Origin: an uncultured virus (IMG/VR IMGVR_UViG_3300027278_000006)
Taxonomy: Duplodnaviria > Heunggongvirae > Uroviricota > Caudoviricetes
IMG/VR virus record: IMGVR_UViG_3300027278_000006
Span: 1-64,000 of that record
Direction: 5' to 3' (one strand)
Length of the DNA stretch: 64,000 nt
Shown here: positions 46,521 through 57,335 of the stretch, in pieces
How the letters are laid out: every line of letters begins with the position of its first letter
How positions within the stretch are numbered: position 1 is the stretch's first letter
Notes under the pieces: generated by a model
The model's database searches: none
What the model was told of the DNA's origin: nothing
Seen by the model: only the letters and a program-made list of their open reading frames with translations
Made by a program: the position numbers and the translations under genes

Positions 46521-47948
46521 TTAATCGGATTCTCCAGGTCTTGCTCTATAGTCTGTTTTAGGTTGTTTATTCATTTGCCTTTGTTGTTCGGGAGTATGAC
46601 CTAGTGGTTTTCTTTTTAGTTTTGCCTTTGGGGGGTCACCTGCAACTCTTTCTCTGCTACCATCAGAATTTACTCTCATATAATCCTCCAATACCTCACC
46701 TTCTGGTTCATAAGACATCTTAAGACCCATCGCCCTTAAATAATTTCTTCTAAGGTTATCCTTTGTCTTCGAAGAACGGGGGTCTTCCTCTTCACCATTC
46801 TTTTTTTTCTTATCATCAGAACCACAATCCATTTCTTCCTTTACTTTTTCTGGAAGACCTTTGTGCTTGGTTTTGGCAAATTTTTTGAGTTCTTTTCTTC
46901 CCATTTTTGCCATTTGTTTTACAGCGTCACTCGCATCAGGCATATTTCCATCAAGATATTCAATAGCCATAGCAGCAAGTTGTTGCTGATTTTGACTTAC
47001 TGCTTTTTCTTGAAGAGAATGAACCTTTTTAAGAAACTTTGAGTACCCAGTTTCAGCAATCAATTCACCTTCAAGTTCATTATGTGCCACTATTCTAACT
47101 TTTTCATTTCCACCCTGAATAGGAGAAATAGTTACTTTATTCTTAACTTTTCCCTTTATATAATCAAGTGTTTGGGTGTTAGAATCTTCGGTTTCTGCTT
47201 CGTGAATGAACTCTTCTTTACGAGTTGCGATGGCATTACCAATCGCACCACGCCTCTTCATTAGATACTTATCAGACTTATCTTTATCCCCATCATTATC
47301 AACATCACCGTCTTCTTTACCTACGGGGTCTAATCCTTTACCTGCAGCAACTCTTGCGGTCTGAGAACCTTTCTTTCTCTCACCCTCATAAGGTTCGCCA
47401 TATTCGGTCATCTCAACTGATTCAATATTTGGATTGGCACGAAGTTGATTGATTTTCTCACGGGTTGCCATTCTCACATAAGACCTTTTAGTATTCTTAT
47501 CAGTAACTCTTACCTTATACTTTCTGTGCTCTGGACTGTCTAATTCTTCAAGATAAGTTAGAGAAATTGATTGCTGTTCTTGTTCCGTTCCTTCCACAAA
47601 AACTTTAAAAAGTGCTTTGGCAACATTATCAGATGCCGCATCCTTAAAAATAGGATTAAAGTCTTCTGCCTTCATACCACCACCTTCTTTACCGAATAGT
47701 TTTGCCTTGACCATCTTTCTTTCCTCACCTCCCATACTGCTATTTTGCATATATTGAGAAAATGCCTGAGGAAGTGGAATATCTTCTCTTCTTGCTCTAT
47801 AACGAATATCATACACTGCCTGCTTTGCCTTTTTCTCTGGAGACTTTCCAGAACTTTCCTTTTTATCGTTCTTGTCAGTAGGACCAGAATCGGCAGCAGC
47901 AGGGGCAAATTTTCTTGCTGGCAGATCTTCGGCAATATGATTTTTCAT
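46521..47948 (-). CDS. Late charged protein with DxDxDG motif
   Basis: DPVGKEDGDVDNDGDKDKSD; KFAKTKHKGLP; TATAAATA at 47983-47990. Confidence 0.75.
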   Translation of the reverse strand: MKNHIAEDLPARKFAPAAADSGPTDKNDKKESSGKSPEKKAKQAVYDIRYRARREDIPLPQAFSQYMQNSSMGGEERKMVKAKLFGKEGGGMKAEDFNPIFKDAASDNVAKALFKVFVEGTEQEQQSISLTYLEELDSPEHRKYKVRVTDKNTKRSYVRMATREKINQLRANPNIESVEMTEYGEPYEGERKKGSQTARVAAGKGLDPVGKEDGDVDNDGDKDKSDKYLMKRRGAIGNAIATRKEEFIHEAETEDSNTQTLDYIKGKVKNKVTISPIQGGNEKVRIVAHNELEGELIAETGYSKFLKKVHSLQEKAVSQNQQQLAAMAIEYLDGNMPDASDAVKQMAKMGRKELKKFAKTKHKGLPEKVKEEMDCGSDDKKKKNGEEEDPRSSKTKDNLRRNYLRAMGLKMSYEPEGEVLEDYMRVNSDGSRERVAGDPPKAKLKRKPLGHTPEQQRQMNKQPKTDYRARPGESD

Positions 47949-47968
47949 ATTAAGACTTTACTACTTTA

Positions 47969-49300
47969 CTATTTTCTATACTTATTTATAAACTCCCTGA
48001 TATTAGATACTTTATAACCACGATAGGGTTTTGCTCCGTATTGTAGATTTGTTTCGGGTGCCTCTGGTGTCATATCCGCAACATACTTGTAGAATCCAGA
48101 AGTTCCAACTAAAGTATTTGGTTTTCCGGGTTCTCTCATCTTTCTATCCATTTTAACTTCGGTATATTTTTTGGTTTCCATTACATCCTTAATCCAAGAC
48201 TTAAACATCATATTAGATTCAGTTACACAAATCAGATAATTAGTTCCACGACGAATGATTCTTCCAACAAGTCCAGTATTCAGATTCTCAACCAGTTGAC
48301 CGATTTGGAATATTTTTTCGGAAACATAATTCTCACGAAGAGTCTGGTAATCAAACTTAGGGGCAATTTCCCAGAGATTCCAGTTCTCATTAATACCCAT
48401 AGATGCTCTTACAGAATCAAATAATTCTTGTGCCGATTTACGCTTCATATCTGGAGGAAGACCTTCTCTAAACTTACGAAAATCTCCTTCGGCAGCGGCA
48501 AGTCTCATTCTGGATGCAGACATTCCCTCAACACCTTTGGCATCAGGATCGCGGTCTCCGGCAGAAACTACTTCAATCGCATCAAAGGCATATAATTGAC
48601 CATTATAGTTATTGGATAATTTCTCAAACTCCTTTACACGGTCGGAACCACCCACGATTCTAACATTAGTATATCCATCATTATGTGCCTTTTTAAGAAC
48701 ATCAAAAATAGTCTTATTTGCGGCATCATTCACAATTCTTTCACTATGAGCAGGAAACATCTGTCTCATATATGAAATCTTTGTATCAGGGTCCAGTGGA
48801 TTCTTTTTCTTATCCTGACTTCTGGATGGATAGATTAGATAGTCTCCACCATCTGCCTGAGATGAAGCAGCAGCAACATCCATTAATTGCTGGTGCCCGA
48901 CCGTAGGAGGATTAAAACGACCAAAAGCAATCGTAAGAGTTCCTTTGGTCTTAGGAACTGGTGGAGGAGTTTCTACAGGTTGTTGTGGTTCCTGTGCTAC
49001 CGGTTGTTGCTCTGGAGCAGGTTCCGGTTGGGGTTCTGCTTGGGGTTGGGGTTGCTGTTGAGCATTTGGGTCATTATAACTCGGTGAAGGAACATCCTTT
49101 TCGTGTGGGGTTTGATTTGGGTCCTTTCCTACTCTCTGACGCTTATTATAAAACTTTAACTTTCCACCTTCGGTCTTGGCAACAAACTCATTAGTTCTTC
49201 TATCATACCAACCACCGTGCCCGTCACCCTGCAACCCAAGACGCTGAGCTTGGTCTGATGCAGAAGTTGCTTCTGATATGAACTGAAAGAAACTTTTCAT
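47969..49300 (-). CDS. Cytidylyltransferase-family nucleotidyltransferase
   Basis: FGRFNPPTVGH, GGSDRV, SAGDRDPD, MSASRMR. Confidence 0.88.
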   Translation of the reverse strand: MKSFFQFISEATSASDQAQRLGLQGDGHGGWYDRRTNEFVAKTEGGKLKFYNKRQRVGKDPNQTPHEKDVPSPSYNDPNAQQQPQPQAEPQPEPAPEQQPVAQEPQQPVETPPPVPKTKGTLTIAFGRFNPPTVGHQQLMDVAAASSQADGGDYLIYPSRSQDKKKNPLDPDTKISYMRQMFPAHSERIVNDAANKTIFDVLKKAHNDGYTNVRIVGGSDRVKEFEKLSNNYNGQLYAFDAIEVVSAGDRDPDAKGVEGMSASRMRLAAAEGDFRKFREGLPPDMKRKSAQELFDSVRASMGINENWNLWEIAPKFDYQTLRENYVSEKIFQIGQLVENLNTGLVGRIIRRGTNYLICVTESNMMFKSWIKDVMETKKYTEVKMDRKMREPGKPNTLVGTSGFYKYVADMTPEAPETNLQYGAKPYRGYKVSNIREFINKYRK

Positions 49301-49548
49301 TACTTACTTAATTTTTTCTTACGAATATTCGCCATTATTGCTTCTTTATTAGCAACAATATAGTTTAATCCATTTTTTCTAATCTTAATATATTTATTCT
49401 TTAATACTTCCGACTTATTTGATTTGATTTCCTTATCAAGAGTGAAGTAAAAATACTTGATAAAATCATTCATTACATCTTTAGGTAATGATTTTTTAGT
49501 GGTAAAAATATCAATAATATTATCAAGGAATGCTTGGAGGTCTTTCAT
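49300..49548 (-). CDS. Hypothetical protein
   Basis: 82 aa; TAATG coupling. Confidence 0.6.
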   Translation of the reverse strand: MKDLQAFLDNIIDIFTTKKSLPKDVMNDFIKYFYFTLDKEIKSNKSEVLKNKYIKIRKNGLNYIVANKEAIMANIRKKKLSK

Positions 49549-49551
49549 ATA

Positions 49552-50475
49552 TTACACAAATTTCTGTATGCTTCTACCACCGATTGGTTGAATAATAACT
49601 CTGGCACCTCTTATACCGTGGTCACTTCGGTCTCCTTTATAAACGCCTAAAAATACAGGTTCATAACTTGCATTTATTCTATCACCATTATTTATTTTAT
49701 GTCCAGTACAAGTTAATTCATAATATCTTCCTCTACTTTGAACATTTAAAACTCCCTGCATAGTAACATCTACATTATTTTCACCCTTTGGACCCCCAAA
49801 TCCATTACCATAGACTGCCAATTTTTTAAGTGTTTCATCCTGTATTTTTCTTCCTACAGTTGTTGCTGGAGGCATACCGTTTGGAAACATTTCAAGTAAA
49901 GTATTAATAAATGCCTGAGTTTCTGGATGATTATTAATTGTTGGTTCCACTCTTGCAGACGTTCCAGACCACTGTTGAAATGCTTTAGGTCCAGAACCTG
50001 CCTTATGAGAAACGTGCCCAACATACCCAGATATTCCTCTAAAATGAAAATCGCATTTAGGTGTTCCCGGTGTACTTTCACAAAGTCCCACCTGGTAAGT
50101 TGTGGCACCAACTTTTAGTGGTATAAAATCTGTACCTAATTTGTCAAATATATCTTGTAATTGCTGATTTACTCTTATAATCTGAGCGTCTTCTTGGGCG
50201 GTTGTTGCCTGGGTTCTTCCAGAAAATTCAGAGTCTTTATATAATTCAGTTAATCTTACAGTTGAACCAGAAGAAGTTGGGAGAACTATGGATTGACCAG
50301 ATTTAAACTTATTAAATTTAGTAATATCTGTTAATTCAGTTACGATAGTTTTACTTAGTTTTATTTTCTGACCATTAGATTCATTCAATACAAAATCTTT
50401 ACCAGTTCTAATTCTGGTTAAAAAAATATTAAAGTTATTTCTTTTTCCCAAATCATTCACGGATAAGGTAGCCAT
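49552..50475 (-). CDS. Hypothetical protein, possible PD-(D/E)xK-type nuclease
   Basis: TPKCDF..VSHK..FQQW motif; AT-rich. Confidence 0.55.
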   Translation of the reverse strand: MATLSVNDLGKRNNFNIFLTRIRTGKDFVLNESNGQKIKLSKTIVTELTDITKFNKFKSGQSIVLPTSSGSTVRLTELYKDSEFSGRTQATTAQEDAQIIRVNQQLQDIFDKLGTDFIPLKVGATTYQVGLCESTPGTPKCDFHFRGISGYVGHVSHKAGSGPKAFQQWSGTSARVEPTINNHPETQAFINTLLEMFPNGMPPATTVGRKIQDETLKKLAVYGNGFGGPKGENNVDVTMQGVLNVQSRGRYYELTCTGHKINNGDRINASYEPVFLGVYKGDRSDHGIRGARVIIQPIGGRSIQKFV

Positions 50476-50516
50476 AAGTATTTTATTTTTATTTAGTGCT
50501 CAAGACTCCCGAAGGG

Positions 50517-50699
50517 TCATTCACCAACTACAGCACCAATCTTTTCATCAAGGTCTAAAATCACGGCACGAATGTCAGAAATACGAGGAGGAACAGAAAG
50601 TTCATCATAGGTATAACCTTTTTGATTCTCAAAAAGAATTTGACGAACGGCAGCGGCAGTCCGAACATCCATCTTAACAGATACTGTTTTAGTCATCAA
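50517..50699 (-). CDS. Small hypothetical protein
   Basis: 60 aa coupled to mazG. Confidence 0.6.
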   Translation of the reverse strand: MMTKTVSVKMDVRTAAAVRQILFENQKGYTYDELSVPPRISDIRAVILDLDEKIGAVVGE

Positions 50700-51106
50700 A
50701 TGTCTCCATCTTCACGATTTTCACTATAATATACATCAAAGAATCCGTCCGGATAACGCTTCATCAGTTTATCAATATTGGTCTGAATTACTTCATCAAA
50801 AGAGACATCAAGAGCAATACACGCTTGTGCCACATACCACATCGTATCACCCAGTTCCTTAATCAAGTGAGTTCGGGTCTCATCATTCCAAGACTTACCT
50901 TGGAAAACCATTTTCTTTACAATCTCCAAGAATTCACCACCCTCGGCATTAATACCAACAGAGGCAGTCAGGAGACGCTCAATATTAGCACCTTTCTCAT
51001 CCAACTGAACCATACGGTCAGAAAGAGCAAGGAAATCTTTGGATGCATCAGAAGTTACGGCATCTACGAAGTTCTGATACTTATTAAAATCAACTCGTTG
51101 TGTCAT
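50696..51106 (-). CDS. mazG: MazG-like nucleotide pyrophosphohydrolase
   Basis: AEGGEFLEIVKK..ELGDTMWY..NIDKLMKRYP. Confidence 0.9.
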   Translation of the reverse strand: MTQRVDFNKYQNFVDAVTSDASKDFLALSDRMVQLDEKGANIERLLTASVGINAEGGEFLEIVKKMVFQGKSWNDETRTHLIKELGDTMWYVAQACIALDVSFDEVIQTNIDKLMKRYPDGFFDVYYSENREDGDI

Positions 51107-52482
51107 GAAAATTTAAATCCCTCAAATGATTTTTTTGGTTTATTTTCTTCATTATTATACTCCTCTTCTTTACCACTGTCAAGTATGTCATTTTGTGCCG
51201 ATTGTTCCACATCATAAAGTCTCATCTTGGCACGGTCAATTCCAACAACGAAACGCTTAAAGATTGTTGGGTCATTATATCTGTTTTTAAGTTGCTTCAC
51301 CATAATCTGCCCTAGACCTTCAAGTTCCTCTGTACTAATCAGAGCAAACATAAGGTCGGCAGTAGCAGGAAGACCGAACGATTCAGAAGTATCGGTCAAT
51401 TCTACATCGGAAGAACCAAAACCGCTCCTAGTCGTCTGTGTCGCACTCATAATAGGAACATTAAACTCTACTGCCAAACCACGAAGTTCTTCGGCAATAG
51501 ACTTAACCAAAGTATAAGAATTGATATTACTACCACTCTTAAATCGTGAAGATGAACAGATATTCAAATAGTCAATAAAGATAATATCAGGTCTAAATGA
51601 TTTCTTCAGAGCAAGTTCATTCAGAAGTGCCTTGAAGTGCCCGGAGTGTGCCGAAGCAGTAGGATATTCTTTGATTACCAAAGAACCCCGAGTCTTCTTG
51701 GAAATACCATTTACTTTATTCTCAAATGCTGAGCGTGGTAAATCAATCAGTTGTTGAATTGGAACATTAAGAAGATTCGCATCAATTCTTTCGGCAATTC
51801 TTTCTTCTGCCATTTCAAGAGTGATGTAAAGAACATTTCTATTCTGTAGTAAGGCAGAACTGGCAACATGACACATAAAGAGAGATTTTCCCACACCCGT
51901 TCCGGCAAGAGCAATATTCAGAGTCTTATTAGGCAATCCACCTTTTGTTATTTTGTTGAAATATTCTAAGTCAAATTCAATCTTATCTTCTTTACGATGA
52001 TAGAACTCATATCGTTCCTCATAATTCTGAAGATAATCGTGACCTATATTATTATCAAAAGATACTGCCAGAGCATCAGAAAGAATACTGGGAATAGCAT
52101 CTCTACCTTTTTTATCATCCTTACCATCGGCAATATGAATGGATTCCATAAGTGCCAAGTAAATAGCACGGTCACGACACCACTTTTCTGTAGTATCAAG
52201 AATCCACTGCTTATCCACAGGACTGTTATTAAGTTTAGAAAGTAATTCTACAATTTCTTTATTTTCAGTTTCTGTTAAATCTCTACGATTATCAATCTCA
52301 ATATTGAGTGCTTCTATTGTAATTGAAGAACCATACTTAACGATAAACTCAACAATTTCCTCAAAAACTATCTTTTCTACTCTTTGTTCGTAGTACTCTG
52401 GTTGAATAAATGGAATAACTTTTCTGGCATAATCTTCATTAAATACTAAGTTTCTAAGGATTGTAAGTTCAAGTCGTTCCAT
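51103..52482 (-). CDS. Replicative DNA helicase (T4 gp41-like)
   Basis: AGTGVGKS, TLEMAEE, IDYLN, ATQTTR, QLKNRY. Confidence 0.95.
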   Translation of the reverse strand: MERLELTILRNLVFNEDYARKVIPFIQPEYYEQRVEKIVFEEIVEFIVKYGSSITIEALNIEIDNRRDLTETENKEIVELLSKLNNSPVDKQWILDTTEKWCRDRAIYLALMESIHIADGKDDKKGRDAIPSILSDALAVSFDNNIGHDYLQNYEERYEFYHRKEDKIEFDLEYFNKITKGGLPNKTLNIALAGTGVGKSLFMCHVASSALLQNRNVLYITLEMAEERIAERIDANLLNVPIQQLIDLPRSAFENKVNGISKKTRGSLVIKEYPTASAHSGHFKALLNELALKKSFRPDIIFIDYLNICSSSRFKSGSNINSYTLVKSIAEELRGLAVEFNVPIMSATQTTRSGFGSSDVELTDTSESFGLPATADLMFALISTEELEGLGQIMVKQLKNRYNDPTIFKRFVVGIDRAKMRLYDVEQSAQNDILDSGKEEEYNNEENKPKKSFEGFKFS

Positions 52483-52490
52483 TATTTTAA

Positions 52491-53036
52491 TTAAAGATTT
52501 CGTTTATGATGTGGAACATCGAATACAAAAGTAATTCTAATGTTGTTGCCAATATTAACTGCCTTATGGGGTAGTTTATTATTGAACCAAAAGAGTGTTC
52601 CCGGTTCAATAATAATAGTTTCATCCCCAACAGTATACTCGTATTTTCCCTGAATGGAAAGGTGATATCTATCCTTCGTAAGATAATAAGTTCCTTCATC
52701 AATATGAGAACCCACTATTTCACCTACAGGAAGTGCCAAGAATCCACAACGACGGAGTTTCTTAAAATACTTTCCCAAGTAATTAAGAATCTCCGTGTGT
52801 TTTTCATATGCCGGAGTTTTAATACATATTTCAGTATTCCCAACATATTGACCTTCGGTTTCAACTCCACCCATTATAAGTTGTAATACATCCACAGTAA
52901 CAGTATATTCTGTGGGGTCTAGTTGTTCAGAGTCTTCAATATCTTTTTGAGAACCCCAGTCTTCGGGATATTGCTTAAGTTGTTCTAATATTTTAGAAAC
53001 ATTTACATTAGTTTTTATTATACGAATGTTTTTCAT
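52491..53036 (-). CDS. Asp/Asn beta-hydroxylase-like 2OG-Fe(II) oxygenase
   Basis: HID..RYHL..WFNNKLPH..N..R..VFD. Confidence 0.8.
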   Translation of the reverse strand: MKNIRIIKTNVNVSKILEQLKQYPEDWGSQKDIEDSEQLDPTEYTVTVDVLQLIMGGVETEGQYVGNTEICIKTPAYEKHTEILNYLGKYFKKLRRCGFLALPVGEIVGSHIDEGTYYLTKDRYHLSIQGKYEYTVGDETIIIEPGTLFWFNNKLPHKAVNIGNNIRITFVFDVPHHKRNL

Positions 53037-54034
53037 TTGCCATAACTAAACTCACCTTTAGCAATCACATCAAGTTTTTCCATTACTTCCGGTGTAAAAT
53101 ATTTTTCGGTATTTTTTAAGATTTCTTTGGCATAAAGTTTCTTACCATCAATCTCATAACGACCTGCTACATTCTTCCAGAGTCCACCAAGTTCACCAAG
53201 TTCAAGAAGACCGTAGTAACGATCAAGACCGCGATCATCATAATACAGACGGATTTCAACATCTTGATTCTCCTTACTTAAACGGGACTTTTGAGTCTTT
53301 GCCCTGATAATGTTTCCAATTACTTCCGTTCCATCTTTTTCCTTTGACTTAGAAAGATAGATAATTGTGGATGCGGCATATTGCAATCCAGAACCTCCAG
53401 ACATTTGCTTACCACCATAAAGAGACATCGACTCATAGGTGTGATTTGTCACTAGCATAGGAATCTTTGCCTGACCCAGTTTGAGAGTCAGCATACGGAA
53501 GGCACCTTTGATAAGTTGTGCCTTAGTCATATCTCTTGTATCCTTCTCTGCCAAGGCATCATTAATTTCTTTATTAGTAGAAAGCATTCCCAGAGAATCT
53601 AATACAAAGATACAAGGGTTTCTTTCATCCTCTTTTTTCTTTAGGTAAATATCAACTGCCTTGAGTGTCTTGGTACGGAATTCTTCTACCGTAACTACAT
53701 TGACAACCACCAGACGACTTGTGTCAACTCCCCTACTTTCCAAAAGGGATTTTGTGATTGCTGCTTCAGTATCAAAATACAGACAGTATCCAGTAGGATT
53801 ATTATCAAGGAAATTTTTAACGACGGCAAGACTGAAGAAAGTTTTTCCAGTAGAAGTTTCACCAGCGATTGCAGTAATCTTATTCCCAGATACACCACCA
53901 AATATACTGCCGGATACAAGAGCATTAAAAATGTACGAACCCGTATCCACATAAGTTTCAGTTTCATCAATATCCGAAGCTAGTTGAGTGTATTCTCCAC
54001 CAATCTCCTTCACTATATCTTTCAAAAAATCCAC
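53033..54034 (-). CDS. uvsX: RecA-like recombinase
   Basis: AGETSTGKT, FDTE, LDSLG, GGSG. Confidence 0.93.
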   Translation of the reverse strand: MDFLKDIVKEIGGEYTQLASDIDETETYVDTGSYIFNALVSGSIFGGVSGNKITAIAGETSTGKTFFSLAVVKNFLDNNPTGYCLYFDTEAAITKSLLESRGVDTSRLVVVNVVTVEEFRTKTLKAVDIYLKKKEDERNPCIFVLDSLGMLSTNKEINDALAEKDTRDMTKAQLIKGAFRMLTLKLGQAKIPMLVTNHTYESMSLYGGKQMSGGSGLQYAASTIIYLSKSKEKDGTEVIGNIIRAKTQKSRLSKENQDVEIRLYYDDRGLDRYYGLLELGELGGLWKNVAGRYEIDGKKLYAKEILKNTEKYFTPEVMEKLDVIAKGEFSYGK

Positions 54035-54037
54035 AAT

Positions 54038-54175
54038 TCATTCCTCCTTTTGTTTTTGTTTATTGAGATAATTCATTTTATAGCACCAGAGTTTTTGGTA
54101 AAGAGCAGTATCTCCACCAATCCTCATAGCACTAATAATAGTATTCAGTTCTTTTTCGTTAATAGGTAAATTCAT
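54038..54175 (-). CDS. Small hypothetical protein (45 aa)
   Basis: MNLPINEKELNTIISAMRIGGDTALYQKL..; TGATG coupling to the polymerase. Confidence 0.6.
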   Translation of the reverse strand: MNLPINEKELNTIISAMRIGGDTALYQKLWCYKMNYLNKQKQKEE

Positions 54176-56676
54176 CAGGTAAAAAATGAATCAAGATTTG
54201 TTGTATGTTCGGTTTTCCACCCAATAGAATCCAAAATAGACTTGAGTGGGTCCAAGAAACTCTTCTCAAATTGTAATTCATAATCAATATATTTGTCAAG
54301 TCCCAATTCTTTTGGAAATTCGGAGATAAAGGAAATGACATTCTCCTGTATAATATTGGGTTTTTTTAAGAAAATATACTTAACTTTCTCACCATTATTA
54401 ATAAGTGAATATTTGTTAGTAAGTTTTTTTTCTTTTATGTGATGATTAAACAAAAGAGACCCACGAACGTGAATTGGAGTTCCCTTACTATAGATTCCAG
54501 AGTTAGAACTATACTTACGAATATCAGATGCTGTTCTGGGAAAAGCAATTTGCTCCGGTGGAAGAGATTTAAATTCTTGGAGACACTTATCAATAAATCT
54601 AATCACCTCATCTTCGGTTCCGCTCATCATAATCTTAAGACCATCCTTAATCATCTTGCGACAAGGTGCCGGAGTTGAAGACTTGACTGCCTCAATACCC
54701 ATCATCTTCAATTTAGGTTCAGAATATCTAACTCCTTCACTATCCCAGACATTGAGAATATAACGCTTCTTCGCAGTCCAAATTCCACGGTCGGCAATAT
54801 TCTCCCGCTTCATCTGCATTTTCTGATCATAGGCATTCATATACTCCGCCAGTTCTTGGTAGCAACCTTCAATATACTTTTCAAGTTCCACCTTACAGAT
54901 CTTATCAAGGAACGAAACAACGCCTTCAGTAGTTTTCTCTCTTCCCTCGTATACAGTTTCAACCAAAGGACCCATATTAAGATAGATGGAGTCAGTATCA
55001 GAAGCAATAACATAATCAAAGTCCTTAGTTTTAAGAAGTTTATTGAAATATGTATTCATCTTATTTTCAATCCAACGAATAGCAACTTGCCCCGAAAGAG
55101 TAATTGCTTCGGCATTTGCTAGTTTAAAGTACCTAAACCATTCATTCCCGACACTTCCATAGGCAGAATTGAGAGCAATCTTTTTTGCCATTTGGATATT
55201 GTTACATCTAGAAATTTCCTTCTCCAATTCTTTTGTTTTTTTCTTCTCATATTGTTTTTTTGCCTCAATCATTTTTTCCTTAAAAATGACACGATCATTA
55301 TACATTTTCTCCATTAGTTCTGGAAGAAAACCACGAATGTCCTTACGATACATAGCACCGTTAGGACAGACCGCATAGTCCTTATACATTTCAAAGGTAA
55401 GTTGTTGATTAAGAATCTTATCTACAGTTACGGTAGGATGTCTTTCATCAACAAGAGTTTCTGGACTCACATTAAATTGCATAATTAAATGTGGATATAG
55501 ACTATTTAAGTCAAAATTTACAACCCAATCATAAATTCCAGGAACAGGTTCTTTTACATAAGCACCAGCATACTTAGAATCCTTATCAGTTTTTTCTTTT
55601 GGGGGGATAACAATATCCCTCTTCTTCAAATAGTTGTAGATAATAGTATCCCACATACGAACTTGTGAAAATACATCCTCATAATTTACCTTTCCATCAT
55701 ATGCCATCGTAAGGGCAAGTTCAATCAGTTTCATCTTGTCTTCCAAACGGTCAACAAGTTCTACGTCGATAATGTTATACTCTACGAATTTCTGCCAACC
55801 CTTAGTATAGAAGTCTTTGAATGTATCAAACTCGGAGTGGTCAAGTTTTTTTTGCCCAAGTTCCACACTCACAATATGATCTAGGCGATAAGATTCCTGT
55901 GCTTTATATGTAAATTTTTTATAAAGTTTGATATAATCAAGTTGACTAATACCTCCAATATCATAGGAAATATGCTTTCTTCCAGAGATATAAGTTTCAT
56001 CCTCAGTTACAAGTCCCCAAGGTGACATTCTCTTCATCAGTTTTTCGCCCAAAATTCTTTCTAGACGACGAACTAGATATGGAATATCATAAAGTTCACT
56101 ATTCCAACCAGTAATAACTTCTGGAGTATTTTCCTCAATCATCCACCAGTGGATAAAATCATTTAAAAGACTATGCTCATCAGAAAATGCTCGGTAAGAA
56201 ACATTAGTTTGTTTATTGTCAAATGGACCCAACCCCCAAGTACGAATCTGTTTGGTATTATAGTCTTGAAGTGTAATAAGCAGCACTTCTTCTGCAGCAT
56301 TTTCTACATCTGGAAATCCATTTTCCGATGCAACCTCAATATCAATTGTTGTTAGTTTAATTTTACTAATATCAAACTTAATTTCATTTTCTGGATATTT
56401 ATCGGAAATGTATTGATAAATGTACTTCTCATTTCCATAGATTTTAAAATTTTCTACCCCATTATACGTTTTAAAAAACTCTCTACAATCTCTCACAGAA
56501 CCAGGTTGAACTGCTTCAACATATTCACCATTCAGTGTTTTATATTTGGTTGGTTTTTTAGACGGAACAAAAAGAGTTGGAGAAAACTTCTCACGGGTCA
56601 TAAAATGTCTACCATTTTCATAACCACGAACCAAGAAGTGGTCCCCAACCATTTGTACGTTTGTATAAAAATTCAT
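54175..56676 (-). CDS. Family B DNA polymerase (T4 gp43-like)
   Basis: DIEV exonuclease motif, DLNSLYP, KIALNSAYG, SDTDS. Confidence 0.97.
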   Translation of the reverse strand: MNFYTNVQMVGDHFLVRGYENGRHFMTREKFSPTLFVPSKKPTKYKTLNGEYVEAVQPGSVRDCREFFKTYNGVENFKIYGNEKYIYQYISDKYPENEIKFDISKIKLTTIDIEVASENGFPDVENAAEEVLLITLQDYNTKQIRTWGLGPFDNKQTNVSYRAFSDEHSLLNDFIHWWMIEENTPEVITGWNSELYDIPYLVRRLERILGEKLMKRMSPWGLVTEDETYISGRKHISYDIGGISQLDYIKLYKKFTYKAQESYRLDHIVSVELGQKKLDHSEFDTFKDFYTKGWQKFVEYNIIDVELVDRLEDKMKLIELALTMAYDGKVNYEDVFSQVRMWDTIIYNYLKKRDIVIPPKEKTDKDSKYAGAYVKEPVPGIYDWVVNFDLNSLYPHLIMQFNVSPETLVDERHPTVTVDKILNQQLTFEMYKDYAVCPNGAMYRKDIRGFLPELMEKMYNDRVIFKEKMIEAKKQYEKKKTKELEKEISRCNNIQMAKKIALNSAYGSVGNEWFRYFKLANAEAITLSGQVAIRWIENKMNTYFNKLLKTKDFDYVIASDTDSIYLNMGPLVETVYEGREKTTEGVVSFLDKICKVELEKYIEGCYQELAEYMNAYDQKMQMKRENIADRGIWTAKKRYILNVWDSEGVRYSEPKLKMMGIEAVKSSTPAPCRKMIKDGLKIMMSGTEDEVIRFIDKCLQEFKSLPPEQIAFPRTASDIRKYSSNSGIYSKGTPIHVRGSLLFNHHIKEKKLTNKYSLINNGEKVKYIFLKKPNIIQENVISFISEFPKELGLDKYIDYELQFEKSFLDPLKSILDSIGWKTEHTTNLDSFFT

Positions 56677-56930
56677 CAGGTAGTTAGTTCAAGATACTTT
56701 GTAACAATTTCCGGAGTAGGTTCTGCGATTGTAAGAATACTATCAGAATGAATCATTAGTTCAGTCTGATTAGTAACTTCTGGCCAGGGTCTCATATCAT
56801 CTATACTCAAAAACTGATATGGATTGATTAGTTTACAATCAGGTTCTCCAAGTTCAGAACCAACTTCAATAATCTCAGTAATTAATACCGTATCAACCTT
56901 CAATAGAAGACACTTCACATTCCGTTCCAT
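56676..56930 (-). CDS. Small hypothetical protein
   Basis: GEPDCKLINP; C-terminus similar to that of the neighbouring gene. Confidence 0.7.
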   Translation of the reverse strand: MERNVKCLLLKVDTVLITEIIEVGSELGEPDCKLINPYQFLSIDDMRPWPEVTNQTELMIHSDSILTIAEPTPEIVTKYLELTT

Positions 56931-57228
56931 TTACCTTTTCCTCATACATTTTTTTAATATCTTTAACTGGTTCAACAATTGTTACAACCCAATCGGGACG
57001 AACTGGAATCTCATTATCACTTGTAAAGAGAATCCAAGAAGAAAATGTTACACTTACAGTACCATCTTCGGATCCTATTGGTTCTTCCGTCAAGAAAATT
57101 GAATTACTGACCTGCATTTTATGTGGATTTGTGAATAAGTACCCACACACTTTATCTTCAGAAATCAATTCCTTAATATCGGCAATTACTGATTCTCCAG
57201 ATTTTAATAGAGCAATTTTTACAGACAT
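56893..57228 (-). CDS. Small hypothetical protein (probable start MSVKIALLKSGE)
   Basis: LLKSGESVIAD..WVVTIVEP; promoter TTGACA-N16-TATAAT upstream. Confidence 0.7.
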   Translation of the reverse strand: MSVKIALLKSGESVIADIKELISEDKVCGYLFTNPHKMQVSNSIFLTEEPIGSEDGTVSVTFSSWILFTSDNEIPVRPDWVVTIVEPVKDIKKMYEEKVNGTECEVSSIEG

Positions 57229-57335
57229 TTTTAGTTTTCCTCTCAATTCATTATAGCATAAAAAAGGGAGGTGTCAACTGGTTTTTGCCAGTTACCTCCC
57301 TGCGGCAACGATATTTTTGGGGCAGCCTCAAGTAT

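Noticed and set aside
39840..56676. Inteins or introns in nrdA, nrdB, primase, helicase or polymerase
   Set aside because: Lengths and motifs are continuous with no insertions evident
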